64,000 nt of DNA from Lingula anatina (lineage: Eukaryota; Animalia; Brachiopoda), in NCBI GenBank assembly GCA_051362555.1, contig CM120643.1, positions 4,154,001 through 4,218,000 on the forward strand, written 5' to 3'. The position numbers and the translations under genes were made by a program. The notes under the pieces were generated by a model, which saw nothing but the letters and a program-made list of their open reading frames with translations, was not told where the DNA came from and did no database searches. Each line of letters opens with the position of its first letter. Within the stretch, counting starts at the first letter, position 1. Below, piece by piece: positions 1 through 13,375 of this stretch.

Positions 1-234
1 CAGTTGTATAAGCATATGTTTTGTACATTTTTGCAGATTTGAAGCAATATCTCAGACATATCCAAGCCTATCTCCACTATCTCTGACATTACAAATATCT
101 CTTGAGTACAAATATTGTCATTCTTTCTTGTTCCAATAACTCCGAAGTCTAATTTCCCAGCTTCTAGAAGAGTCGCAATTATCACTAACGCGACGGCGTC
201 TCTGACCTCCATGCAGCCACCTGTCATACGTCCT

Positions 235-600
235 GGCTGAAGGTTATCTATCATGCTGATGGCCAAACTCGGCCGCCAATCTGTTTTCACTCTCTTCACT
301 GCACTGAACGTTCACAGACTGCTGAAGACATGGCAGTCACTAAAAAAATTCCACTACCATACTGATGTCACTGAATCTTCTCTGTAATTCTTTATCTGTA
401 AACAACATGGCCCATGTATCCTGAATGTGTGCAGCATCATGTCTTCCCCTCACATTTACTCTGTTCATTACCAAAGCTGTAAGTGCTGGCCACTCCCTGA
501 AAACTTGGTTCTGGTCATACCCAAGTCTCTGCAGCAACTCATTAAAATAAGCCATTATAATTTGGAGATCAGCATTCCCGTGTACAGCCAATTGAGCTAT
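235..600 (-). pseudogene. hAT-superfamily (ZNF862-like) transposase C-terminal dimerisation-domain remnant, frameshifted
   Basis: The minus strand reads ...FSDISMVVEFF, then after a frameshift LVTAMSSAVCER, then VKRVKTDWRPSLAISMIDNL. This matches the hAT dimerisation motif (S-x-x-CER-x-FS...K-x-x-x-R-x-x-L). Confidence 0.75.
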
Positions 601-654
601 TTATGGAGATTTCACGATTTTATGAAATTAAATATCCGTTCTTTTACTTTATTT

Positions 655-755
655 TGACACTTGCCCGATCGGGCAAGCATTCAGGTGAGTGGACTTGCCC
701 GACATCAATGCCTACTTGCTCCAGGCAATCAGGAAATTCTTATTGTTGAGCCCTG
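655..755 (-). mobile_element. Probable hAT-type transposon terminus (CAGGGCTC... on minus strand) with subterminal palindrome
   Basis: Ends in gagccctg at 748-755. Contains the perfect 18-bp palindrome cttgcccgatcgggcaag (660-677) and repeated cttgccc motifs, next to the hAT transposase remnant. Confidence 0.5.
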
Positions 756-1049
756 GACAATTACATAAATAAGCATTCTTGGGCAGGGTAATGTAGTACA
801 GGATGCTTGTTAAAATGAAAACACTAACATGCTGTGATGTTTCCAGTACTACAGCTAAATGAAGTTAATTATGTGCTCGGTGAGGCATGGCAAGAAACAC
901 ATGCTGATGGTCACATTTAATACCACGATCCGTTAACATGTGATAGCTGATACAAGAAGGCGCACATCTTGGTGGTGAGAGCTTTATCATAAAGTAAAGT
1001 GTTTTACTCTATTCTAACACAGGTGATGTTTTACAGTAGGTTTATTCAC

Positions 1050-1790
1050 AAAAACGTCGTAGTCAAAGGTCATAAATAGCTTCACCTTCCTCGCCACCAT
1101 ATAAAGACACTAGTGCCTTTTCACGGCCTCAATTATCCTTTCTTGACATGAATTGTCACTGGCAAATGTGATTGCCTGCTGTTTCAAAAAAGGACTTCTC
1201 ATGCCCATTAGAGATACCCGTTTTCCTATCCCATAGGGAAATGATGTTATGTCACATCCTAAGATGGAATGGATGAAGAGAATATTGTTGCATACATCAC
1301 TTCCTAACTTGGCCCTTGTTGTCCTAATGTTCCAGCATTTTGATGGCCTTTTGGCATTGCTCTTTTGTTGGGGTTTTAAAAAAATTGGTTAACTTTGTCC
1401 TTGGCATGATACAGTAGGAGCACCAGAAGTTCAGTGTCATCACCCGCAAGGATAGTATTATATCACATTTGTCTGAAGAGGCAACTGCAGCTTTGGCAAT
1501 ATGGAGGTCTGCATCGCCTGGAGCTTGGATTACTTGAACTCCAACACTTTCCAACTTGTCACCAAGGAAATTAATGAACCTCTGTTTGTTTTCTTTGTTG
1601 GCAAGAAATTCTTCCTTTCTACTTTGCAGCTTCATCTCACCAGTGAACATGACAGCTGTGCTCATAATACTGTTGGAATGTCTCAGGTGTGTAGAATCCT
1701 TAGTAGAGGGGGCATAAAGATAACCGTCAAACACCACTACAGTTTTATTACTAGGACATATGTGACATACTGGTGTGCAAATAACCATAT
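1050..1790 (-). pseudogene. Academ (AcademX)-type transposase XPG/PIN-nuclease domain remnant
   Basis: ORF 1324-1788 carries VVVFDGY...STKD...FLANKENKQRFINFL...GDADLHIA. A downstream frame reads NILFIHSILGCDITSFPYGIGKR, the FEN1/XPG-like GCD...GIGK motif. Frameshifts and stops are present. Confidence 0.7.
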
Positions 1791-2389
1791 TTCAGCTGAT
1801 TGAAAATCAACTGCAGCTGGTTTGTCTTTGTGGCTTTGATAAACAATGGCTACCAGATAATTACGAGGCCTGTATGCTGGGGACTTATGAGAATTCCTTT
1901 TAGAACAGTGCATTAAGATATGAGATGAGAGTTGATACATTGTTTCTTATGTGTCTGAAAGAAAAAATAAGTTTTTGAAGTCATCCATTGTCCCCCCCCC
2001 CTCCTTTTTTTTATTAAAAACTTTGCCCTATAATGCAGACATATGTTGCATATATTTTGAGTAAAAAAATTTAAAAAAAAAACACATTATTTATTTATTT
2101 ATTTTATTTTATTTTATTTTTTTTATTTTTTTATTTTTATTTTTTTTTTGCATGTATTTTGGTGACTGTCTTACCATAAATACCAAACCATGTTTTTGTT
2201 TTAAATCAAATTTGCACAGAGGCTTTGTTTAGTAAAAAAAGGCTGCTTGAATAAAAAATTAGCAGGATTTGATTATTTTTACCAATACTTAATATGTACA
2301 GTTTTATAAGTATTGAAAGAAGCTATTAGATAACTTATGGTAAAGCTTGTGAAGTTGAAAACCCATAGGCCTTGGCCCATATTTGTATA

Positions 2390-5300
2390 CGGTAATGTGC
2401 CATGAATTTCGAACAGTAAAAAATAATTAAATTTGGGAAAAGATCGTTCTGGCCGAAATTCATGAAAAGGAGGTGCTCAGAACTCCTGCAAGTTCGAATT
2501 TCATGGAATTCTGTCAATTTTGACCGGAAGTTGTCTGTTCGTCGCTAGGCCTTCTGTTATCTTCTCCCGACGATCTATTTAGAGTTACCATAATGTATGA
2601 TGTGTGAGTGTCGGTAATTGCGACCAAAGGTATACACGTACTTTCACCCGATCACTGTGAATGGCCCATAGATAGAGCGGTACTCTTGTCTAGGGCCGCA
2701 AAACAGCATCGTTATCAGTAGTGTCGTTTTTCAAAAGCGATTCTGGCAGCCAGAAACTAGTGTCGTTTTTCAAAAACGATCCTGGCGCTCAGAACGGGAG
2801 TGGACGGAGGGAGAGACGGCCGACGATTAGCGTCTGCCACGGCCAGATAACCTTTACTATGGAAGCTTAGTGTTACCGTTGCTCCTTTCCGTGCACTGAA
2901 ACGGAGACGACAGCCGATCAGTGTCTATGGCGCACGTGCAGGTAGCCTTCATCTGCGATAAGTGTCTTACGCGACCAGGTTCGTTGCCTTTACCGTTAAA
3001 GTCGGGCGGAGCTTTACGCGCGAATGCGTCCTCATCTCGCCGTTCGCGGGTCGGTGTCTCCGACGCATACGTGGCCTTCCCTGCAGAAGCCGGCCTCGGC
3101 ACTACGGCCTCTCCTCCGTGCGGGGAGGCCACTACGACCGCAGATCGGTATGTGCGGCGCACAGCTAGCCTTCGCCACGGCAGCCGAACTGTGTATTACG
3201 GTCTCTCTCCGTCGTGCGCTGCGACCAAGATGACCGCTGATTGTTGTCTGCGATCAAATATACTAGGTTTGGGGGGGGGGGGGGGGGGGTGCAGGGCCGT
3301 TTTTTTTTTCGCTCAGGCAACCCAATCTTAACCAGCAGCAGCAACTGATTTCCTGGCGCATAGTTGCGTCAATGTACGCATTTGAAAAGCGTGTACGTTT
3401 TGTCATCTTCAAACAAACGCGAGAGATAGGTAAGCTAGAGTAAACCGAAAAGGCAGTTTTTATATTCGTTCAAGGGACTGGAAGATCGTCAATGGGAGAT
3501 AGTGAGCGATCTGAGCGCGATAATAAGCCAATTTCCACACTAGTTCAAGGGACTTCGTTACTATATTCGTCAGCAAGAGATCGTCAGCGATCCGAGCAAG
3601 CATAGAAGCTTGGACTTTTTGTCCATGCTAGAAGGCAATTTTCATGTAGTCAGCAGGATATGGTTTGCTGGTTTGCGACAGGGGCGTAACCAGGCATACG
3701 CACGGATACACTGTGCGTATATAATTTTTTGGCCAACCATGATATTATTCTCTATAAATCTAGTGTACTTTTCAAGGAATATTATCGAAAATCCCCTTCG
3801 ATTATAAGTTAATGTCACCTGAATGTACAAATTCTCTGTATAATTTATATATGCACCATTGTTCTGACACCCTTCTCGTTAGCTTTCACAGAACTGAGGT
3901 AAACAATACTAGTTACCATCTGAAGTCCGATCTTAATCGTCTATCTAGCTGGAACTTGCTTTACCTCTTAATTAAAGGGTAAAGTGCCCTTCAGCTCACA
4001 GGTAGCTTTTGTCTTGAGTGTATCGAACGCGATATTTATCTCAGATAAAAATCTACCTGTGTATTATTTCAAAGAGCTGCTCCAGCAGACCTGGGGGCAC
4101 TAGATAAATCTGATCATCGGGATAAACAAGGAGCCAGAGAAACAAAGGAAGATTGATTTTTCCTGCAAAGTTTCAAAGAATTTTGACACGGACTTGATCC
4201 AGCTTAACCCTCCAAACTAACGGGGTGGCATGGGCAATTTTTACAAACAATTATACTTAGATATATTACAATTTTATCCTTTAATATAATTTTGGGAGGC
4301 TTGCACCCGCATGTAAGCTGGGTGATGTCAGTAAGCCCCTAGTTAAATAAATTTATATACCCTTATGAGCAAGGCTTTTCCCAGCGAACCGTCCAGCCGT
4401 CATTTGGACGGCCGCTGACATCACCGGACGGCCTATATTTTCAAAGACGGCTAGACGGCTTGCGACTTTTTTTTTAATGACGTCTTGGCTTGTCGGGACA
4501 GCCGTGGACGTTGTAAGAAATTTTCTTAGAGTAATTTGACGTACCTAGCTTTTATGATGCGTCACAGATGAATGGTACTACTTTGTAGTGTACGCTGATA
4601 TTCAGTCACGACGAAACTACTTCCTAAAGCTTACAAAACACAATAAAATGTTTCTATGAACCTTAAGATACACATTCCACGCCGTATGCAGCAGTGACAA
4701 GAGTGACCTTCATGCGGTACAAAACACTAAGCAAACTACAGGCCAATTTGTGAAAGGGGACACCTTCCGGACCTTCATACGCACGGCAACTGACAAAGCT
4801 GATTGACAAAAAGGAAAATTTCAAATTTTCAGCGAGAGATCGTTCGCAATCCGAGAGAGACCAGGAGGCAATTTTCATATTTGTTAAAGAGACTTCGTAA
4901 GCCAAAGGGCGAGACGAGAACGCAATTTTCGTATCATCAGCGTCGCAATCCGAGTGAAACGAGAAAGCTCATACTCGTTCAGTGCCTTTCGTTTGCGGCA
5001 GATCGTCAGCCGGAGATCGTTCTCGATTGTTTTTAACCCTCTATCCCTCCCCATTGGAATTTATAATTTTTAAAAATATTTTTCATTTCATTTGTACATT
5101 TCAAGGGACCTCATTAGCGGAAGATCGTCAGCGGGAGATCGTGAACGATCTGAGCGAGACAAGAAAGCAATAATGGTAATCTTTATTGCAGCTCTTAATA
5201 TTGCTCTTTTGTTCTGTTACTGAAGTCTCTACTGTTAACAATGCTATTGTGCGCCTCAGCAAAACTACCGATCGCTATCTCACACCGAATACTGCGGTAA

Positions 5301-5653
5301 AGAAACAACAGCCCGACAGTACAACTCTTAATAGATTCTCCTGTTATCTGAATGAATGGATATGACGATGTTGTTTAGCGTCCTAAACTAACTGTACTGA
5401 TCGTTATCTTGCACCTTGGGCCGCACACGTAGTACTCAGGTAAAGGTACGCTAGGGCAACATTGCCGACTGTTAGATCTTTACAAGCGCGAGAATAGCCC
5501 GGTGGCCGATTTTAAGGTGTACGAAATTCACGAAATCAAGATCGCGCAAAATTGCTGACTGGCCGAAATTCATGGTCCAGAAAAAACTCCAGACGGCCGA
5601 TTTTAAGATCGTTCGAAATTTAAGAGCCGTTCGAAATTCATGGCACTTTACCG
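2390..5653. mobile_element. 3.26-kb non-autonomous TIR DNA transposon with TA target-site duplication (Tc1/mariner/pogo-like signature)
   Basis: Left end ta|cggtaatgtgccatgaatttcgaac, right end gttcgaaattcatggcactttaccg|ta: a 25-bp TIR with one mismatch. Several cgaaattcatg-type subterminal motifs lie at both ends. No transposase ORF was recognised inside. Confidence 0.8.
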
Positions 5654-8394
5654 TATATTTGGTGCAGAAAAAATCTATTAAACTCTTTTGTTGCAACATG
5701 TTTTGTGTCTGTATATTTTGCCAGCTTTGCTGTCTAGTCTTATGTTAGTGCTCATCTTATGGTTTGCCCAAAGGTAATTAAGTATAAAAGATGTCTGCAG
5801 CAATTTTGTATTAGTAAAGATGTCTGCAGCAATTCTGTATTAGTAATATGCAGAGAATTGTTTTAAAATAAAGATTTTAGCAACTTTTTTGCAATAAGTA
5901 TATAGAAGCTTTTATACTTATATGTACAGTACACTACTGTTGTGATCTTATTGTAGTCTTAATGTAAAAAATAATTTATAATTATTGTTTTTGTTGCTTA
6001 CTTTGTAATATTGTAACTTTTGTTAAATTTTTTAATGAAATCGAATCAAAAAACAAGGCATTTTCTTATCTTAGATATCCAAAGTTATTTATTGGGTTAG
6101 CTTGCCTAAAGTAGTGCTAATGAACTAATAGTGGATAAAGCAAGTCAGAATGATGACTGAATCATCACATTGTTAATGTCTGTTATAAGTACTGGTACCT
6201 AGTAAATTCCCACCTGGTAATTCTGGAGCTGTTTGTAATCAAAGAATGTTTATTTATTTAATTTAGCTCATTAGTGCAGAATTTTTTGTTAGAGAAAAAC
6301 TGGGTTGAAGTTGTAGAAAGACATAGATAAAGAGAAGTGGGAGAGAGAAATTAAGTACTAAGAAAACTTTACACTCATTTATAACTGTTGTTATATTTTC
6401 TCTCTCATGCCTCATTGGCCGCATTCAGAACAGTGAACTAACAGATCCCTGGATCAAATATGGCCACCTTCTAAAAAGCTTGTCACTTAAAATTAAAATT
6501 CCTGATAAGACACAAAATAGATTCCCCATGGGGATTAAACAACAAGCATTAGCATTTAGTGGGTGGCCATATTTGATCCAGGGATCTGTTATTCTGCAAT
6601 TCTGAATGTGCTCATTGACAAATAACATCATACAGAACCTGGGTAGGGGGTAAAACTTATGCTTACAACAGGTATGTATACAAAACTGATAAAGGATACG
6701 TGATAAATAAAAAAAATATTCCAGTTTTTCACCACTTAAGAGTTGCTTTTACACTTACAGGGTACTGTCATATTTAAGTGTGTGTCCACGAGAAAACCAA
6801 ACCAAATGTAGAAAATGCGGCAAGGTGGGGGAGAACGGATTTACATCATATTTGGTGTGTTTGAACCTTTATATGAACAATATCTGAGGCTGCAATATTT
6901 CCTGAAAAAAATACCTACTTACAGAGATATGGCCAGTGACAATTTGGGGGGTTTATCAACCAAAAATTCTTCTGAAAAACAGGGTTATATTGATTGGCCT
7001 TAAAGTTTATACAGGTGTCACCAAATGATTTAGTTTGGTGATATATTATAACCTAAAGATAGGGGATTAAAATGATATACACTTTTGCCACTCTCTTTGT
7101 TTCCATGGTAACAAACCAAGCGTTTTTCTCAGGCCTACAAACCACATGCTTTGAACACCCCCCTTCTATTTTTGACAATATCTTCATCTTCACAGGTCTT
7201 TGGGGTAAAGCGTGTTCAGGACTAACAGACAACTCATTAATCTTTTTATAAATGAAATCAAAACTTACTGCTGTTCTACAACTTGTCCGTTGTAACAGAT
7301 AGAACATGACCTAATTTCTTCATTTTTCGTAAATATATCCGAACACGTATATCGGTGCACTGAACTTCAGCCATCTCTTTCAAGTCAACGAATGGTTTAA
7401 AACACTGTTAGTTGCACTTTTTATTTTCATTTTACCTATTCTAATTTTTTTCTGGTTAAAACAAGCATCTAACACATTTTAAAACCATGTGAAACTAATG
7501 TACTAACGTCAGAACAACACAACGTCATTATCCAACATGGCGGAAATCGCAGACTGTTTGTTTACAAATCTTCCTCAACGAAGTCGTATATCATGTGGTT
7601 AATACTCTGTCTACAGATATAAAAAAACATGTAGTGTATTGAAAAATTGCAACAGAGATATTAACAGTCATCTTCGTCGCGTTTACGTGAAGCAAAACAG
7701 CGTGAGTTACGAAAGCACACTGATTCTTGTCAGGTGTGAATTCTTTTGTATCCGATGACAGCAATTGGACTTTTTCAAGTATCTTTGGGAGAATAAATGG
7801 GTTACACCATGTGACCAGCACTGGGATATGGGCTTGGTTTGTGCTGGAAACCATCCACACGGGAAAACGAGCCTATAACGAAATATGTCATGGGATTAAC
7901 TTGCAGATGTCAGTGTAGACAAAAAACCATTTGAATATACTGATGCCACTTGGTTCAGGTAAGAAACGGGTTTGTTTGTATTTTAATACAGGCTAAAATC
8001 CAGAAAAAAAGTTCACTCAGAAAAATGATCTAGGTGTAATTTTTTAATGGTAAACGCTCCATTTTTTTAAAAAGAAAAATGCCCCCTTTCAAAAAATGAA
8101 ATTGCAGCCTAAGGACCTGTGATAATTTTATCTTTTAAGCTATATTTGTGTGGGTATTTATGTAGGCTTAATGGTACTTGGGTAAAATAAAATTAAGGGT
8201 AACAATTGGAATTAGATTGAAGCTAGGGCTGGTCTTGGCAAAATTGCTAGGCTCATCATAATTAATATTCGAAACCATGCCTTACTTATAAAACATGGAC
8301 AAATGGGATAATAATTTATTTTTCATCAATGTATCAATTAACTTTCAGATAAGTGTTTTCATGTGTCTATAGTAAGCTATATTTATATTTCAGG

Positions 8395-8960
8395 CATATT
8401 TGAGAAGTGTTATTTGACACACAGTGATCTTATGGTCAGCAAAAGAGTCCAAAGTCTTGCAGAAACTGAAACTAGTGTGGAAATGATGGCTGTTGTAAAA
8501 AGGCATGTACAGTATGTAAATGAAAGCCACAATATAACAAATGCTGAGGAGATGCATGAGGCCCTAGTTTCTGCAGTTGGAGCCATTTTCTACATCCAGC
8601 TAGACAGACATCTTCCAAACCTGCGTGGACTGGAGTGTCCAATTACAACAATTTAGCTTTCTTGATTCCTACAACATGAGAAAAGGTGTCTTCCTTCCTT
8701 GAGCAGTTTTAACATGAGTGATACTGATGTTAAAGTTAATTTGGGTTTTTCTGAGGCAAATATGCCAACTGGGACTATACCAAGCAAGATCACAAACAGG
8801 GAAATTTTTTCTTGTCCAGAGAAGTTTTCTCTGAAATCTTTTGCTACTAAGACTGAAGAGTATTTGTAAGGTCTTTTTTTAGACCACAGTTATGAAATGT
8901 GCCAAAAAAAACAGCTTTTGATCAAATTAAAGTCTAGTGGGCCAACAATCTGACTAAAGA
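8395..8960 (+). pseudogene. Transposase remnant of the Sola3-like element
   Basis: Broken frames read AVVKRHVQYVNESHNITNAEEMHEALVS, WTGVSNYNNLAF and FSCPEK. These resemble, from memory, motifs of invertebrate Sola3-type transposases. Confidence 0.5.
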
Positions 8961-10636
8961 CAAGGCAGCAAAGCTGTCAAATGTACAGACAAAAAGCAGG
9001 AAATAACTATGCACAAAATAGCCTACTGTCAATTCTGATGCAAAAGTACATTATGTTAAACTGCAAATTCAACATCAAATTTTAATTATGCTCAACAGGT
9101 AATACCAATGTAAGTAAAACGTGTAACAAGCATAAGGCTTCAGGCCCATGGGAGTTCAAGTTCACACTTTGAAAATGTATAACTTCCAGAAAAAGAAGTC
9201 AATTAGACTACTTTTCCAACCCAGGCTACTTTTTAGTCCTGCATTTCTTTTTTGAACATTTGGCAATCATAAGTAACATGGTTTTCCCATAATGGTCATC
9301 ATGGCAGCAGCACCCATAATTGTTTTCTTCTATTCTGATGCAATATTACATATTGGTTAACAGCATAATGACCGTCAATTTTTAATAATAAAATATACGT
9401 ATCATGGATTTTCAGAGATGTGACTAGCATGGGTCTTCAAGCATGTAGAACTTCAAAGTCACACCTTGAAAATGCCAATATGTGAAATATGCTGAAAAGT
9501 GAAAAAAAAAGCATAACTTCTACAATAATGGCCCGATCATGCTGATTTTCGAACTTGACCTGCGTTTTATGAATATTCATCAGCTCTGTAAATATAAAGC
9601 TCAAAAGTAAAACTGCCTTCCACTTATTGTGTTTACAATGAAAGTGCAAGGTGACGGCGGTGACGGCGCTGAGGGCGAAGACAGACGCAGGTGATGGCAA
9701 TATGTACAGACACATTTTTGACACATCTGTACATATTTACTGTACTGTTTGAGAACAGTAAGTGACATGGTTTTTTCTTAAATGGTCATCATGGGAGCAG
9801 TGCCCAAAGTAGTTTTTTTTTCAAATTTTGATGCAATATTACATAATGTTTAACAGCATAATGACCATCAATTTTTAATAATAAAATATTAGTATCATGG
9901 ATATTCAGAAAATGTGACTAGCAAAGGTCTTCAGGCCCATGGAACTTCAAAGTCACAACTTGAAAATGCCAAAATGTAAACAAGACAGCACTGTTCTGAA
10001 ATGTTTTTTTTTTCCATTTTTAACAATTTTTTACATAAAACAAAATTAACAGCTTACTGCCATTTTTATATGATCAACTAAGAAAATTGATGAGATGGGA
10101 AAAGTATCAATAGAGCAGTGTTAAATGTCCAATTTCTTCCATTCTGAGATTCTGAACATAGTGAATGATTGAATCTGACAAACTGCAATGATATGAGTTT
10201 ATTTCCACTTTTGAAACTTTATTACACAATACACGATAACAAATTAACCATCATTTTTACAAAATCAACTAACAATGTTATAAAGATGCAGGAAATGTCA
10301 AACAAACACTTTTACGTATCTTATTAGTTTAATAATGAGACCGTTAACATGCCTAAGAATTGAATCTGAGGAAATGTGAAAAATATGCTGAAAAGTGAAA
10401 AAACAGCATAACTTCTACAATAATGGCCCGATCATGCTGATTTTCGAACTTGACCTGCGTTTTATGAATATTCACCAGCTCTGTAAATATAAAGCCAAAA
10501 AGTAAAACTGCCCTCCACTTATCGTGTTTACAAGGAAAGTGCACGGCATCGGCATCGGCATCGGCATCGCCATCGGCGACGACAGACGCAGGTGATGGCA
10601 ATATGTACAGACACATCTGTGTCTGTACATAAAAAA
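8961..10636 (+). mobile_element. Helentron-associated (HINE/pearl-like) non-autonomous element nested in the Sola3-like element; has two 3' modules
   Basis: 5' caaggcagcaaagctgtcaaatgtacagac. The core repeat + GAC/GGC microsatellite + hairpin module occurs twice (about 9480-9735 and 10380-10631). Terminal palindrome tatgtacagacaca-tc-tgtgtctgtacata at 10602-10631. Homologous to 39684-44437. Confidence 0.75.
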
Positions 10637-12300
10637 CTTAAAGCACATCAGCTGTGAGAGAACTCCACCCTCTTGAATATCTCACTGAGTTACACAATGG
10701 ATGAGCTTTAAAGTCATCTAAACCTTTGAAACTATATTCAAATAAAGTAAAGGAGTTTTTACTGAAGGAGTTTAGAAGGGCACAAGAAACAGGCCAGCAG
10801 AACCTAGCATTTGTGAGCATGAAGATGAGATTGAAATGTCAGTAAGGAGGGTTACAGACTATTCAGGAAGAAAAAATCGGCAGTTATTTTTGAATGTATT
10901 AAAAACTTTGATGTTATGAGCTGTAATGTTTGATACAAAACTGCAAAGATGTTTCATAACACCAGGATATATTTTGCGGTTGTGTTAGTTTTGCTTTTTG
11001 AATAGAAAATTATCTTGTTTTGCTACATTATGATATAGTTTGTAATGATCACAACTAATGTTGCACTGCTTTGCATGTATTGCTATATTATAATTTTGTG
11101 ATTTTTTTATTATTTGTAATTATTCATCTGAGACAACAATAAACTAAATTGAATAATTTTTTAGTTACTGTATGCTCATAAATAGTCACCAAAAAGTGGT
11201 GTGGATGATAAAAAAAAAAACTCTTGATAATTGAAAAAGATTTGTTCTGGCTTTGCTATCATAAATACTATGGCATATCCTGATCTCTATATGATAAATA
11301 TTGCACCAAAAAGAAATCGCTACTAAGATTTTAAGTTGTATTCACCAAATTGATGATATTAAAAAATATATATATATATATTAAAATTATCTTGTAAACT
11401 CTCAAGTTAATTGCCAGTGCCTATCCAAAGTAACAGAATCTATGATTTATTTCCTCTAAATTTTTTGTCCATATAAATTAAGAAGTCCATATATGGCAAC
11501 TTACAAATAATAAGCCCAGTGACCTTGACCTACTGACCTGATATTCATTAGTACACACCCACTTTCCATGTTCACCAGCCCTATTAATTGAGTAACATCA
11601 TTGTAGAGCAAAATGGTTTAATAAATTAATCAAACCTATCGTCTACATAGACTTGAATGAATCCACCATGATTTTTTGCCTTAAAAATGGCCAAATTTGG
11701 AGGTATTTTTCAGTACCTGTTTTAATACAGCAGTAACTTTTGAAACTTGATTTGGAATGACCCATATCTGCCTAAAATATTCATGCAGTTTTATAGCTGT
11801 AAACCCTGTGAAGATGGAGATATATGCAATTAAAGATGGTAGTATCAAAATTGGACTTTGGGGGGAGGGGTGTTATAAATGGGTGTGGCTCGCCCAAGCA
11901 GGGTCTTATCTGAATTCTACATATATCTGTGGCAAGCCAAATGATTGTTTTCAATGAATGTAAGGTCTAATATTTTTTAGTTTTCTCCATTTTTGTTTAA
12001 TTTACACAAAATATATCATTATTTTTCCAAGGTAAAAATGGAGTCTCAAAGAGGCTACATAAGCCATGACTTATAATAGGCTATAATTCTCTGAAGAAAG
12101 GATATTTTTGGGATTCCTTCCTAACTCATGAATAACTTCCTAATATGCCTCCATACAACAAATTTGGTTGAAATCCGCTGACCCCCACCTTGCCACCCTG
12201 GGCTGGTTCTCTCGTGGACAAACTCTTAAGATATTTCATTTACAGACATAACCCCAACCAGGTAATATGTGGTGACTATTTTATTCATCAGTGCAGTGGG

Positions 12301-12675
12301 GATCATAGTTGCATAATTATATGTCTGTAGTCTTATATGGAAATCACTGAACACACTGTGGACATGATATACAGTGATGATCATAGTTGTATATGTGTCT
12401 GTAGTCTTATATAGAAATCACTGAACACACTGTGGACATGATATACAGTGATGATCATAGTTGTATATGTGTCTGTAGTCTTATATAGAAATCACTGAAC
12501 ACACTGTGGACATGATATACAGTGATGATCATAGTTGTATATGTGTCTGTAGTCTTATATAGAAATCACTGAACACACTGTGGACATGATATACAGTGAT
12601 GATCATAGTTGTATATGTGTCTGTAGTCTCATATGGAAATCACTGAACACACTGTGGACATGATATACAGTGATG
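12301..12675. repeat. Minisatellite, 74-bp unit, 5 copies
   Basis: gatcatagtt...tatacagtgat starts at 12301, 12379, 12453, 12527 and 12601. Confidence 0.95.
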
Positions 12676-13109
12676 AGAGAGAGGACATTTTAAAAGCAAC
12701 AAACTACAGGTCTCTTTGCAGTAAATTTCAGACTTTTGTTTCCTTATGAAATATTACAAAGTACATATAAATTTACATGGGGAATTTTTAATGCAAAAAT
12801 GTAAGTAAAAAGTACTGTGCAAATGTTTATGAATACAGTTTTTATGTCTTTGAAAATTAAATTGAAAGTTTACAATGCAGTTTTTGTCACTATTTATCAT
12901 ACTTATATTATATTAGGTAATTATATGATTTCATCAACTTTATTCATAACTTTCAATTTTAATGCACTTCTTGAAAATGTATTTGACCTTTGTTTTTCTG
13001 AGAATTATCATTTCAACATTATAAATGTACCAACCAACTTTTAATTATAAATAAATATTAAAAATTATTATTTATTGTTGTTGTTTTATTTATATGACTG
13101 TGTAAGAAT

Positions 13110-13375
13110 ATTTAGGTCTAAGAACTCAGTCCCAATAAAAATAAGAGTGCATTCAGTGTTTTATCTGTCTAGGTAGATCAATTCAGGGGGACTCTTGCTG
13201 AATGCAATCAGATTAAGATATTAGCATACAACCCCCTAGCTTTGAGTAGAAAATGGAAAACAAGCATGTTATAAACAAAAGGAGGCGAGCCAATCCAATT
13301 GCATTCAGCAAGAGTCCCTGTGGAGTTGGATCAATTTACATAGATCAATAGTGTCATTGGGAATGAGTCCTAAAT
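13110..13375. mobile_element. Foldback/MITE-like inverted repeat
   Basis: gggactcttgctgaatgcaat (13188-13208) is the exact reverse complement of attgcattcagcaagagtccc (13298-13318). Looser outer arms flank the pair. Confidence 0.65.

Larger units (their letters stand above)
6778..12225 (+). mobile_element. Sola3-like DNA transposon, decayed, with TTAA target-site duplication
   Basis: Left ttaa|gtgtgtgtccacgagaaaacca...ggcaaggtggggg; right cccccaccttgcc...tggttctctcgtggacaaactc|ttaa. G(A)G...CTC termini with TTAA fit Sola3. Transposase-like remnants lie inside. Confidence 0.7.

Noticed and set aside
2857-3331. Several overlapping ORFs in the GC-rich patch
   Set aside because: Open frames on both strands are expected at high GC, and no domain was recognised.
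12301-12675. Regular repeats resembling a CRISPR array
   Set aside because: Head-to-tail 74-bp units with no unique spacers, no cas genes and a eukaryotic context.
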